Assembly (NCBI GenBank): GCA_047972195.1
Contig: JBKEAL010000230.1
Span: forward strand, 1 to 47,034
From: Parachlamydiaceae bacterium
GTDB taxonomy: Bacteria; Chlamydiota; Chlamydiia; Chlamydiales; Parachlamydiaceae
Direction of reading: 5' to 3'
DNA: 47,034 nt
Shown: in pieces, positions 32,395-40,655 of the stretch
How positions within the stretch are numbered: the first letter of the stretch is position 1
Layout of the letters: each line of letters opens with the position of its first letter
Program-made: the position numbers and the translations under genes
Notes under the pieces: model-generated
The model's database searches: none
Told to the model about the DNA's origin: nothing
The model's input: the letters and a program-made list of their open reading frames with translations, nothing else

Positions 32395-32467
32395 GGACTG
32401 ATAGCTCAGTGGATAGAGCACCCGCCTTCTAAGCGGGTGGTCGCAGGTTCGAATCCTGCTCAGTCCG
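32395..32467 (+). tRNA. tRNA-Arg (anticodon UCU)
   Basis: Hand-folded cloverleaf: acceptor GGACTGA/TCAGTCC, D arm GCTC-AGTGGATA-GAGC, anticodon arm CCCGC-CTTCTAA-GCGGG, variable loop TGGTC, T arm GCAGG-TTCGAAT-CCTGC, discriminator G. CCA is not encoded. Confidence 0.93.
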
Positions 32468-33449
32468 AAATCTTCAAGACGACAGATCCGATCCCCTTAC
32501 CATCGCGAATTGCTTTTAGTGCATCGTTGGCTTTTTCGAGAGGGAAAAGCGTTGTCACGACATTTAAAGGCACTTTGGAGGCGAGATTCATCGCTTCCCA
32601 GCCGTCCTGACGCGTGAGGTTGGCTACGGAGGTCAATGACCTTTCTTCCCAGAGTAGCTTGTAGGGGAAGGATGGGATATCTGTCATGTGGATGCCGGCG
32701 GAGATCACTTTGCCGCCTTTTTTGACGATCTTCAACGCTTCGACCATGAGTTCTCCTGCCGGAGCAAAGATGATGGCGGAATCCAGAAGCTCCGGAGGTT
32801 TTTCATCGGAACCTCCTGCCCAGTCGGCGCCGAGTTGCCGAGCAAACTGCTGTCCTTGTTCATCGCCCGGGCGGGTGAATACAAACACCTTTTTGGCAAA
32901 GGCCTTAGCGTATTGTAGCGTGATGTGTGCGGAGGAGCCAAATCCGTAAAATCCGATCACATCTCCATCGAGTGCATGGGAAAGTGCGCGGTAGCCGATA
33001 AGCCCTGCGCAAAGCAGTGGGGCTGCAGATTCGGGGCTATAGCCTGGAGGGATGGGTAGAACAAACGCCTCGTCAGCGACTGCGTATTCTGCAAATCCCC
33101 CATTTTTTCCATAGCCTGTAAACTGGGGATGATCGCACAAATTTTCCCTTCCTGATTCGCAATAGGGACAAGTAAAGCAGCACCCGCCAAGCCAGGGCAC
33201 GCCGACGAGATCTCCCTTGCGGAAGATGGTGGCTTCGCTACCTAACTGTTCGACTTTACCTACGATCTGGTGGCCTAAAATAAGAGGGAACCGGGGAGCG
33301 GTAAGATCTCCATCAACGATGTGAAGGTCCGTGCGGCAGACGCCGCACGCTAGAACTTTGATCAGAATCTCATGTGGACCTGGAGCGGGTGTTGGAATGT
33401 CGCAGAGAGCCAAGGGCTTGCCCGCTTCTTCAAACAGCATCGCTTTCAT
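32460..33449 (-). CDS. Zinc-dependent alcohol dehydrogenase (MDR family, AdhP-like)
   Basis: Catalytic Zn motifs GVCRTDLH and GHQIVG, a structural Zn cluster (CCFTCPYCESGRENLC) and Rossmann motif GFGSSAH. Confidence 0.9.
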   Translation of the reverse strand: MKAMLFEEAGKPLALCDIPTPAPGPHEILIKVLACGVCRTDLHIVDGDLTAPRFPLILGHQIVGKVEQLGSEATIFRKGDLVGVPWLGGCCFTCPYCESGRENLCDHPQFTGYGKNGGFAEYAVADEAFVLPIPPGYSPESAAPLLCAGLIGYRALSHALDGDVIGFYGFGSSAHITLQYAKAFAKKVFVFTRPGDEQGQQFARQLGADWAGGSDEKPPELLDSAIIFAPAGELMVEALKIVKKGGKVISAGIHMTDIPSFPYKLLWEERSLTSVANLTRQDGWEAMNLASKVPLNVVTTLFPLEKANDALKAIRDGKGIGSVVLKISD

Positions 33450-33453
33450 GAGC

Positions 33454-33708
33454 TTATTCTACGGAAACAGGAGCGTTTTCTTCTAAGATTTCCAAATTGA
33501 CACGGATCCCATTGCGGCTTGCAACGCTCATCAAAAGGGTACGGATCGCATTGATTGTCTTTCCTTTCTTTCCGATGATCTTGCCGATGTCGGACTTTTC
33601 AACAGAAAGTTCGATGATCAATGTCTGTGTTCCCCCGATCTCATTAATTTTAACCTTGTCGGGATGGTCTACAAGGTTTTTGACTATGTACGCAACAAAC
33701 TCTTTCAT
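33454..33708 (-). CDS. KH-domain RNA-binding protein (UPF0109 / YlqC-like)
   Basis: 84 aa with the GKIIGKKGKTINAIRTL GxxG KH motif. Confidence 0.85.
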   Translation of the reverse strand: MKEFVAYIVKNLVDHPDKVKINEIGGTQTLIIELSVEKSDIGKIIGKKGKTINAIRTLLMSVASRNGIRVNLEILEENAPVSVE

Positions 33709-33739
33709 ATACCGAAATCCTCTTGATTCGAATGTAATT

Positions 33740-34669
33740 TCAGCTTAATCGAACCATCCGATATTGTTCCAGAAAAAAGGTAAAATCCTCTGGAAGAGGC
33801 GCTTCTACCTCAATTTCCTTCCCGGAAACAGGGTGTGTAAAACGCAGTTTAGAAGCGTGCAGAAGCTGTCTGGAACAATCAAATCTCTTATTTTCGCCTA
33901 TCCGGCCGTAAACAGCATCTCCTAGCACAGGCACTCCCACAGAACTTAAGTGGACGCGAATCTGGTGCGTTCTTCCCGTCTCTATCACAACAGATAGAAG
34001 CGAAAGCTCTTTACTCGCCTGAAGGGGTTTTAGATGGGATTTAGCGACCTTTCCTTTCTCGACGACGGCCATTTTTTGCCTGTTTCTGGGGTCTCTTCCA
34101 ATCGGGGCATCGATCATGCGCGTTCCGGGATTGCCTAAAGTGATGGCTAGGTACTCCTTGTACACTTTTCTCCCTGCAAACGCTTCGATCAATTTCCACT
34201 GCGTCTGCAAGTTTTTTGCAGCCAAGAGGCAGCCGCTTGTGTCCTTATCTAAACGATGGACGATCCCGGGGCGCAAATCTCCTTCCTTGACTTCTAGATG
34301 ATTGCAGTGGAAAAGAAGAGCGTTTGCAAAGGTTCCAGTCCAGTTGCCCGGCGCCGGGTGCACAACCATTCCTGCCGGTTTATTGACGATCAATAGATCT
34401 TCATCTTCGTAAAGGATGTTCAATGGGATCGGCTCCGGCTTCAGAGCCTCTTCTCGAGTGAAGGAGAATTCTACCTCGATTTCATCTCCAACCGAAGGTT
34501 TCGTCCGTTTTTTGACGCGTTCACCATTGACTAGGACGAGCCCTTCATCGATCAATTTCTGAAAATAAGTTCTCGAATAGGTGCCTTCAAAGCGATCAAA
34601 CAGCAACTTATCCAGGCGTTTTTCTTCTTCGCCTGCTTCTACAAAAAGCAATTCTTGGGTTTCTTTCAT
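33740..34669 (-). CDS. rluD: RluA-family 23S rRNA pseudouridine synthase (RluD-like)
   Basis: N-terminal S4-like domain, catalytic HRLDKDTSG motif and C-terminal GRTHQIRVH. Confidence 0.9.
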   Translation of the reverse strand: MKETQELLFVEAGEEEKRLDKLLFDRFEGTYSRTYFQKLIDEGLVLVNGERVKKRTKPSVGDEIEVEFSFTREEALKPEPIPLNILYEDEDLLIVNKPAGMVVHPAPGNWTGTFANALLFHCNHLEVKEGDLRPGIVHRLDKDTSGCLLAAKNLQTQWKLIEAFAGRKVYKEYLAITLGNPGTRMIDAPIGRDPRNRQKMAVVEKGKVAKSHLKPLQASKELSLLSVVIETGRTHQIRVHLSSVGVPVLGDAVYGRIGENKRFDCSRQLLHASKLRFTHPVSGKEIEVEAPLPEDFTFFLEQYRMVRLS

Positions 34670-34944
34670 GAAGGGATGGAAATGACGTTGATGGGTGGCA
34701 TGCTTTGGATTGGGATAAAACGGTGCAGCAAGCTTAAAATGTGCGCTTCTGCAGTGACAAGGGATTCTAGGGAAAGCTTAGCTCCCAACTTCTTACCCAA
34801 ATACCTATCCCCTTCACAATCAACAACTTCTAAGTACTCGTTCAGTTGCTTGAGTTTGGACGGAGAAAGTGTGCAATAAGAAGCTAACACCTCTTCTTTT
34901 AGAGGTACGGCAAGATACAAACAAAGAGGCTGGACATCCATCAT
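34666..34944 (-). CDS. Hypothetical protein (92 aa)
   Basis: The ORF has a 4 nt overlap with both neighbours, which suggests operon membership. No motif was recognised. Confidence 0.5.
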   Translation of the reverse strand: MMDVQPLCLYLAVPLKEEVLASYCTLSPSKLKQLNEYLEVVDCEGDRYLGKKLGAKLSLESLVTAEAHILSLLHRFIPIQSMPPINVISIPS

Positions 34945-35207
34945 TGAGCTCGGTTCCTACGCATGATCTCCCTTAGCCGATCCTGGCTTCGGCGCATTTT
35001 ATTCGTGATATTTTGCGCGATCGCTAAGATTGTCGCATCGTAAACCTTTGGAGCCTTTTCCTTCAGGTCTTCCAAGGAGGAGACCTTGGTTGCAGCAGTC
35101 TCTGCATCAAGTTTCTGGGATCCTGACGTTGTGGATGTAGTTTCGGCAGCCTCCGCACCGGAGGCTTCAGTTACCGAAGAAGTCGATGAAACGGGATCGT
35201 TGCTCAT
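34941..35207 (-). CDS. Hypothetical protein (88 aa) with an acidic S/T-rich N-terminus and a basic C-terminal helix
   Basis: MSNDPVSSTSSVTEASGAEAAETTSTTSGS...NKMRRSQDRLREIMRRNRAQ. It overlaps the downstream ORF by 4 nt. Confidence 0.5.
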   Translation of the reverse strand: MSNDPVSSTSSVTEASGAEAAETTSTTSGSQKLDAETAATKVSSLEDLKEKAPKVYDATILAIAQNITNKMRRSQDRLREIMRRNRAQ

Positions 35208-35220
35208 ACTCTACCCCCTA

Positions 35221-35640
35221 CTAATTATTATTATAGCACACTTTTAATATTTCCGAAATATCAAAGCCTCTTCTTATTACTGAAGCTATTGCATTTCTTT
35301 TCTCTTTATTAGCTTTTTTCTCGAGCAGTTGACTGATCGCTTCCATCCGCTCCACTTCAGAATACTGTTCATCCAATACTTCTTCAATCAAAGCCGCATC
35401 CGCGCCCAGGCTGCGCAGCTTCTGTTTCACCCAGATCGGCCCATGCCGAGCCCGCTTTTCCCGTCGAATGACCGCTTCGATATAAGCGCGGTCATCGAGA
35501 TAACCCTGCTGCTTTAGCTCTTCTATAGAAGTTTCCACCTCTTCCAAGGGGAAACCCTGCTCTTTCATCAAATCTTCCAATACAGACGATAAATAGGCCC
35601 TATATTGCAGTTTTTTATAGGCAAAGCTTTTGGCGTTCAC
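35221..35640 (-). CDS. recX: RecA regulator RecX
   Basis: 139 aa made of repeated three-helix RecX-type units (YLDDRAYIEAVIRREKRARHGPIWVKQKLRSLGADAALIEEVL). Its GTG start directly abuts the parC stop. Confidence 0.8.
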   Translation of the reverse strand: MNAKSFAYKKLQYRAYLSSVLEDLMKEQGFPLEEVETSIEELKQQGYLDDRAYIEAVIRREKRARHGPIWVKQKLRSLGADAALIEEVLDEQYSEVERMEAISQLLEKKANKEKRNAIASVIRRGFDISEILKVCYNNN

Positions 35641-37536
35641 TTACAGACTCTTGACTTTTTTCACCGGACGAGGCGAAATGCGAACGCCATGTGCGGTCAC
35701 ACCCTTTACCATCACCTTCGAAAGATCGACTTCTAACTCCGTGATCTTCTGCTTGACCTTAGGCACCAGCACCACCTGAACTTTTGGCTCCGGTTCGGTC
35801 GATAGATACTCTAAATGCATGCCTTCATCCAAGAATCGGTAGATCTTGTCGAGGATAAATTTGGTAACGACAAACCGTTTGGCATAAGCAAAGAGCGTCT
35901 TGGGATCTTTGTAAACCAAGCTGATGACCGTTTTCTTATCTGCCACGCCGACGTAGATCAACTCCTGACCTTCCCTTTGCACATACTGCTTCTCAGGAAT
36001 GTTACCGACTGTATAAGAGCCATCCTTGAACAGCAGTAGCATTTTATCGAAATTGGTGCATTCAAAGAGGTGCGGTCCAGTGATTTTCGTGCCCACAAAG
36101 CCGGTTTCCGGATCGTATCCGACGCGGATCGTCTTGGTTTCAATCGCCCTTCTGTCGAGTGCTTCAATTGATTGTATTTTCGTCTTTCTTGCATAATCTT
36201 TGCCGTACTTCGTCAAGAAGGAGCGCAGCGTCTGCACGGTGTACTTTTTCACATTTTTCAGCTTCTTGAGAACCGCTTCCAGATCGTCGTTCAATGCCTC
36301 AATGTCTTTCTGGTTCTTTTCGATGTCAAACTGCGAAATTCTGCGGATTGGAATGCCCAATAGGCGCTCGCGATCTTCTTCTTCAGGCACTCTTTCGAGC
36401 CCTTTATGGAAGGGTTTTAAGCCATCGGCGATCGCTTTATGGACCGTCTCATAAGAGCGCATCGACTCGATCTTTTTATAGATCCTGTTTTCGATGAAAA
36501 TTTGTTCCAGAGTCTTATTGAAGATCTTTTCTCTGATCCTTCCCTCTTCAATCTCCAGCTCCGCTTTGAGGTACTGAACCACCCTTTCCGTATGGAAGTT
36601 GAGGATTTCAGAAACAGAAGCTTCCCAAGGAAGGTTGTCTTTGATGACGATGATCTGCGAATTGATCGACATTTCGCATTCTGTAAAGGCGTAAAGAGCA
36701 TCGATCAGCTCTTCAGCATACTGTCCGCGAGGCAATTTGATCTCGATCTCCACCTTTTCCGCCGTGTAATCGTCAATGGAGTCGATCTTAATTTTTCCCT
36801 TTTTAGCAGCCTCGTCGATTGATTTGATGAGCGATTCCGTCGTCGTTCCGTAACAGATTTCGGTGATCACCAAGGTTTTCGGATCGCGAATTTCAATTTT
36901 AGCGCGCAGCTTGACTTTACCTCTTCCATCGTCGTATTCGGAAGCATCCACAATACCGCCTGTAGGGAAGTCAGGCAAGATAGTGAACTCGTGACCTTCC
37001 AAAATCGCGATCTCGGCCTCCAGCAGCTCTACAAAATTGTGAGGGAGAATGTGCGTTGCCATACCAACTGCGATTCCATCCGCACCTTGCATTAGCAGCA
37101 GAGGAATCTTTGCAGGCAATACAATCGGTTCATCTGCACGGCCATCGTAGGAAGGCACCGTTTCCGTAAGATCCGGATTGAACATTGTCTCGCGCGCCAG
37201 AGGAGAAAGTCTGGTTTCGATGTAGCGCGCGGCAGCAGAAGGATCGCCTGTAAAGACGTTTCCGAAGTTCCCCTGCTTATCTAAGAGATACCCTTTGTTC
37301 GCCAAATTGACAAGTGCTTCGTAGATAGCTGCATCGCCATGCGGATGGAGCGCCATCGTTTGTCCCACGACGTTCGCCACTTTATGCAGCTTATCGTCTT
37401 GCTTGAACAGAGTGGTCAAGATGCGGCGCTGTACAGGTTTTAATCCGTCCACGACGTGAGGGATAGCGCGATCTAAAATAACGTAAGAAGCATACTTCAA
37501 GTAGTGATGCTTCATGAAACTTTTCAGTTCATCCAT
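35641..37536 (-). CDS. parC: Type IIA topoisomerase A subunit, ParC / GyrA_2 type with a short C-terminal domain
   Basis: 631 aa with the active-site region SAAARYIETRL. I saw no GyrA-box (QRRGGKG-like) in the short CTD. It pairs with a 608 aa ParE-sized B subunit. Confidence 0.85.
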   Translation of the reverse strand: MDELKSFMKHHYLKYASYVILDRAIPHVVDGLKPVQRRILTTLFKQDDKLHKVANVVGQTMALHPHGDAAIYEALVNLANKGYLLDKQGNFGNVFTGDPSAAARYIETRLSPLARETMFNPDLTETVPSYDGRADEPIVLPAKIPLLLMQGADGIAVGMATHILPHNFVELLEAEIAILEGHEFTILPDFPTGGIVDASEYDDGRGKVKLRAKIEIRDPKTLVITEICYGTTTESLIKSIDEAAKKGKIKIDSIDDYTAEKVEIEIKLPRGQYAEELIDALYAFTECEMSINSQIIVIKDNLPWEASVSEILNFHTERVVQYLKAELEIEEGRIREKIFNKTLEQIFIENRIYKKIESMRSYETVHKAIADGLKPFHKGLERVPEEEDRERLLGIPIRRISQFDIEKNQKDIEALNDDLEAVLKKLKNVKKYTVQTLRSFLTKYGKDYARKTKIQSIEALDRRAIETKTIRVGYDPETGFVGTKITGPHLFECTNFDKMLLLFKDGSYTVGNIPEKQYVQREGQELIYVGVADKKTVISLVYKDPKTLFAYAKRFVVTKFILDKIYRFLDEGMHLEYLSTEPEPKVQVVLVPKVKQKITELEVDLSKVMVKGVTAHGVRISPRPVKKVKSL

Positions 37537-37552
37537 GAGGCAACTCTTGCAG

Positions 37553-39379
37553 TTACAGAAGCTGCCTTAACTCCTCTTCTTCACTAATCAAGTTTTTCAT
37601 GATGAACGCTTTTCTTTCCGGTGTATTTTTGCCCATGTAGAATTCAAGTGTCGGCTTGATGTCCGAAAAGTTGTGAATCGCCACGCTTGCAAGGCGGATA
37701 TCTTTGCCAATGAACTGTTTAAATTCATCCGGAGAGATCTCGCCTAACCCCTTAAATCGAGTGACCTCAACGCCTTTTTTCAGTTTCGCGATCGCTTGAT
37801 CTCTCTCCTGCTCTGAGTAGCAGTAAAAGGTCTTTTCTTTGTTTCTGACTTTGAAGAGAGGCGTTTCCAGCACATACAAGTGGCCATTCATCGCCAGGCC
37901 TTCAAAATAGGTCAGGAAGAACGTTACAAGCAAATTGCGAATGTGCATGCCGTCGACGTCCGCGTCGGTTGCTAACACGACCTTGGAATAGCGGAGATTA
38001 TTGACGTCGTCTTCGATATTGAGCGCGCTCATCAAATTGTACATCTCTTCGTTTTTGTATAGCTGATCGAGCTTCATTCCATGCACGTTCAACGGTTTAC
38101 CACGCAATGAGAACACCGCTTGGGTCAATGGATCTCTCGATGCCACGCTGGAAGCACTCGCCGATTCTCCTTCCGTCAGGAAGATCATCGTATCGTCGCC
38201 TTTACCGGAATTGTCGTGAAAGTGGTACTTAGAATCTCGCAGCTTAGGAATTTTAAAAGAGATTTTCTTCTGCTTTTCCTTAGCCTCTTTCTTGACTGCG
38301 GAAAGCTCTTTTCTCAGCTTTTCATTGAAGACAATGCGTTCGATGATCGCGTTTGCGCGGTCCGGATATTGGTAGAGCAGTTTTTGGACAGCTTCCTTCA
38401 CTTCCTGAACCAGCGGACCGCGGATATCGGTATTTCCCAACTTGTTTTTCGTCTGCGATTCAAAGATCGGCTCTTTGATCTTTACCAAGATGGTTCCAAC
38501 CATGCCTTCGCGCACATCCACGCCCTGGAAGTTCTTTTTGGAGTACTCGTTGACCCCTTTCAAGATCCCTTCGCGGAAAGCGCTTAAGTGGGAGCCGCCA
38601 TCTGCAGTGTATTGGCCATTTACGAAGGAGAAATAGGTTTCTCCGTAGCTTGAAGTATGTAAGAAAGCAAATTCCACAGACTGGCCGCGGTAATGGAGCG
38701 GCTCATACAAGCGGTCATCTTTGACCTCTTCGTTCAACAAATCGAGCAAACCGTTCTCAGAAGTGATCGGTTCGCCATTAAAAATAAGCGTCAAACCGGT
38801 ATTCAAGTAGGCGTAATGCCACATTCTCTTGAGGAGATAATCTTTCTGGAATCGGTATTTCTTGAAAATTTCCGGATCGGGAATGAACTCAACATAGGTT
38901 CCCGTCTGCTCTTTCGTTTTTAATTTGTGCTGCTTTTGGAGTATGCCTTGAGAAAACTGCGCCTCAACGCCTTCACCATCTCTAAAGCTCTTCACAACAA
39001 ACTGGCTTGACAAAGCGTTCACTGCTTTCGTACCAACGCCATTCAATCCCACCGAAAACTGGAACACGTCGTCGTTGTATTTTGCGCCCGTATTGATCTG
39101 GCTGACGCACTCTACTACCTTTCCAAGTGGAATCCCTCGTCCGTAATCGCGGATGGAAACTTTGCCTGTGTCGAAGTCTACATTCACTTCGATCTTCTTG
39201 CCGTTCCGCATGATGAATTCATCGACGCTATTGTCGACTACCTCTTTCAGCATCACATAAATCCCGTCGTCGGGATGGGAACCATCGCCTAGCCTTCCGA
39301 TATACATGCCGGAACGCAAACGGATATGGGATAGTGCGTCCAAAGTCTGGACAGTGCTTTCGTCGTATTTTTTTGCCAT
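37553..39379 (-). CDS. parE: Type IIA topoisomerase B subunit, ParE / GyrB_2 type
   Basis: 608 aa with a GHKL ATPase N-terminus (LKEVVDNSVDE, GLNGVG), the TOPRIM motif EGESA and the DADVDGMHI motif. Confidence 0.9.
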   Translation of the reverse strand: MAKKYDESTVQTLDALSHIRLRSGMYIGRLGDGSHPDDGIYVMLKEVVDNSVDEFIMRNGKKIEVNVDFDTGKVSIRDYGRGIPLGKVVECVSQINTGAKYNDDVFQFSVGLNGVGTKAVNALSSQFVVKSFRDGEGVEAQFSQGILQKQHKLKTKEQTGTYVEFIPDPEIFKKYRFQKDYLLKRMWHYAYLNTGLTLIFNGEPITSENGLLDLLNEEVKDDRLYEPLHYRGQSVEFAFLHTSSYGETYFSFVNGQYTADGGSHLSAFREGILKGVNEYSKKNFQGVDVREGMVGTILVKIKEPIFESQTKNKLGNTDIRGPLVQEVKEAVQKLLYQYPDRANAIIERIVFNEKLRKELSAVKKEAKEKQKKISFKIPKLRDSKYHFHDNSGKGDDTMIFLTEGESASASSVASRDPLTQAVFSLRGKPLNVHGMKLDQLYKNEEMYNLMSALNIEDDVNNLRYSKVVLATDADVDGMHIRNLLVTFFLTYFEGLAMNGHLYVLETPLFKVRNKEKTFYCYSEQERDQAIAKLKKGVEVTRFKGLGEISPDEFKQFIGKDIRLASVAIHNFSDIKPTLEFYMGKNTPERKAFIMKNLISEEEELRQLL

Positions 39380-39405
39380 GAAGTTTCAAGATAGCAAAAA
39401 TTTGC

Positions 39406-40302
39406 TTAGAATAAAAGCGCTTTTCTGCAGGACACGGGTTTTAATGAAGTCTTGGATTGAGCGGGATGAAAATCAATGACATAGGCTGACCCATATAAGC
39501 TGCCATTACCGGAATATCCCCTGACCATACTGATGGTTTTGTTGCTATTCTGCTGAATAAACCCTCTCTCTTGAACTGCTATGAATGTGTCTCCATAGAG
39601 CCGAGCATTCCTATTCAACTGATACTGTTCCATCGCATTAGCAGTTTCTTTAAATGAAGCCATTCTTAGACCGGTGTAGCTTTTACTACGCTGCAATTGG
39701 CCCTCCCAGCTCATTTTTTTAACGACAGAATCAGTTTGTCGAGAAATAAGGTACCAACGCGGGCTGTTTGCGGCTTTTTGTAAATTTTGATCCAACAATT
39801 CTTCGATTGAGCTTTCATCGGAAATAGATGGCTCGCTTGATCTAACCAAGCCCTTAAGAGGCGTCTCAGGAGTTCTCGGTGTTTTAAAATCACCAACTTC
39901 AGACTCAGAGGCCTCTTCGCTGGATCGAATCGACAGGTTTTCGGAATGATTCTCAGTTGGTTCTACCAAATCAGCATCGTATACAAGGTAATAATCCTCA
40001 TAGACATAATTTTTGGAGTGTGGAGACCTTGTAAGGATCGTATTGAAAAAACAGTTTGGCAGAGGCTGTTTCGCCGGAGATAATTTTGCAGAAAAAATAA
40101 AATCTCTTCTGTTAAAAACTTCCTGAATTGCAAGCTCTCGCCACTGCTTGGAAACCATAGAAACTCTACCAAGCAGCTCGAATGAGCTGTGCGAAAGCAC
40201 ACACACAAGAGCTTCTTGAAAATCGCCCTGTTGTTCTTCCTGTTTCACTCTCTTAGCAGGAGATTCATTAAAAAATGCTGTATCTCTTATTAATCTATTC
40301 AT
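39406..40302 (-). CDS. F-box-like domain protein (putative eukaryote-targeting effector)
   Basis: 298 aa. Residues about 27-68, DFQEALVCVLSHSSFELLGRVSMVSKQWRELAIQEVF, fit the F-box consensus (..e.l..il..l....L.r...VsKrWr.L). The gene is AT-rich and lies only 26 nt upstream of parE. Confidence 0.55.
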   Translation of the reverse strand: MNRLIRDTAFFNESPAKRVKQEEQQGDFQEALVCVLSHSSFELLGRVSMVSKQWRELAIQEVFNRRDFIFSAKLSPAKQPLPNCFFNTILTRSPHSKNYVYEDYYLVYDADLVEPTENHSENLSIRSSEEASESEVGDFKTPRTPETPLKGLVRSSEPSISDESSIEELLDQNLQKAANSPRWYLISRQTDSVVKKMSWEGQLQRSKSYTGLRMASFKETANAMEQYQLNRNARLYGDTFIAVQERGFIQQNSNKTISMVRGYSGNGSLYGSAYVIDFHPAQSKTSLKPVSCRKALLF

Positions 40303-40484
40303 TGCATACTATTCTACAATAACATTGATTAATTGTAAATTAAAGTAATTATAAGCATAAACTTAATAATTAAACATATATACACTCAAACTTTGAAAAG
40401 CTATAACTGATTCAGCTATTTTGGGTGAATGGAAAAATGAGGTCTATTCTAAAGAAAGATATATTCTTTTCCGTATGACTGAAA

Positions 40485-40613
40485 AAAACCACCCGCTCGC
40501 TCGCGCTCGCTAGAGCGCACAGAGAAGACAGTGAGAGGTAGGTAAGTCATTAATTACTTACCCCCTCCGCGTTCTCTGTGGTCTCTAGCGAGCGCGAGCG
40601 AGCGGGTGGTTTT
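40485..40613. repeat. 129 bp near-perfect palindrome downstream of the first OMP gene
   Basis: The arms aaaaccacccgctcgctcgcgctcgctagagcgcacagagaa (40485-40526) and ttctctgtggtctctagcgagcgcgagcgagcgggtggtttt (40572-40613) have 2 mismatches in 42 nt. The inner stem is ggtaagt/acttacc. A T7 run follows on the minus strand. Confidence 0.85.
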
Positions 40614-40655
40614 AAAATCCTAACCTATAAGTTATAGTATGCGCCCACGGGCAGG

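Noticed and set aside
32386-32610. 74 aa plus-strand ORF
   Set aside because: It is a read-through translation of the tRNA-Arg gene and of the antisense strand of the alcohol dehydrogenase 3' end.
36172-36822. Plus-strand and minus-strand ORFs of 63-127 aa inside parC
   Set aside because: They run antisense or off-frame to a gene with clear type IIA topoisomerase motifs, and they have no independent start signals.
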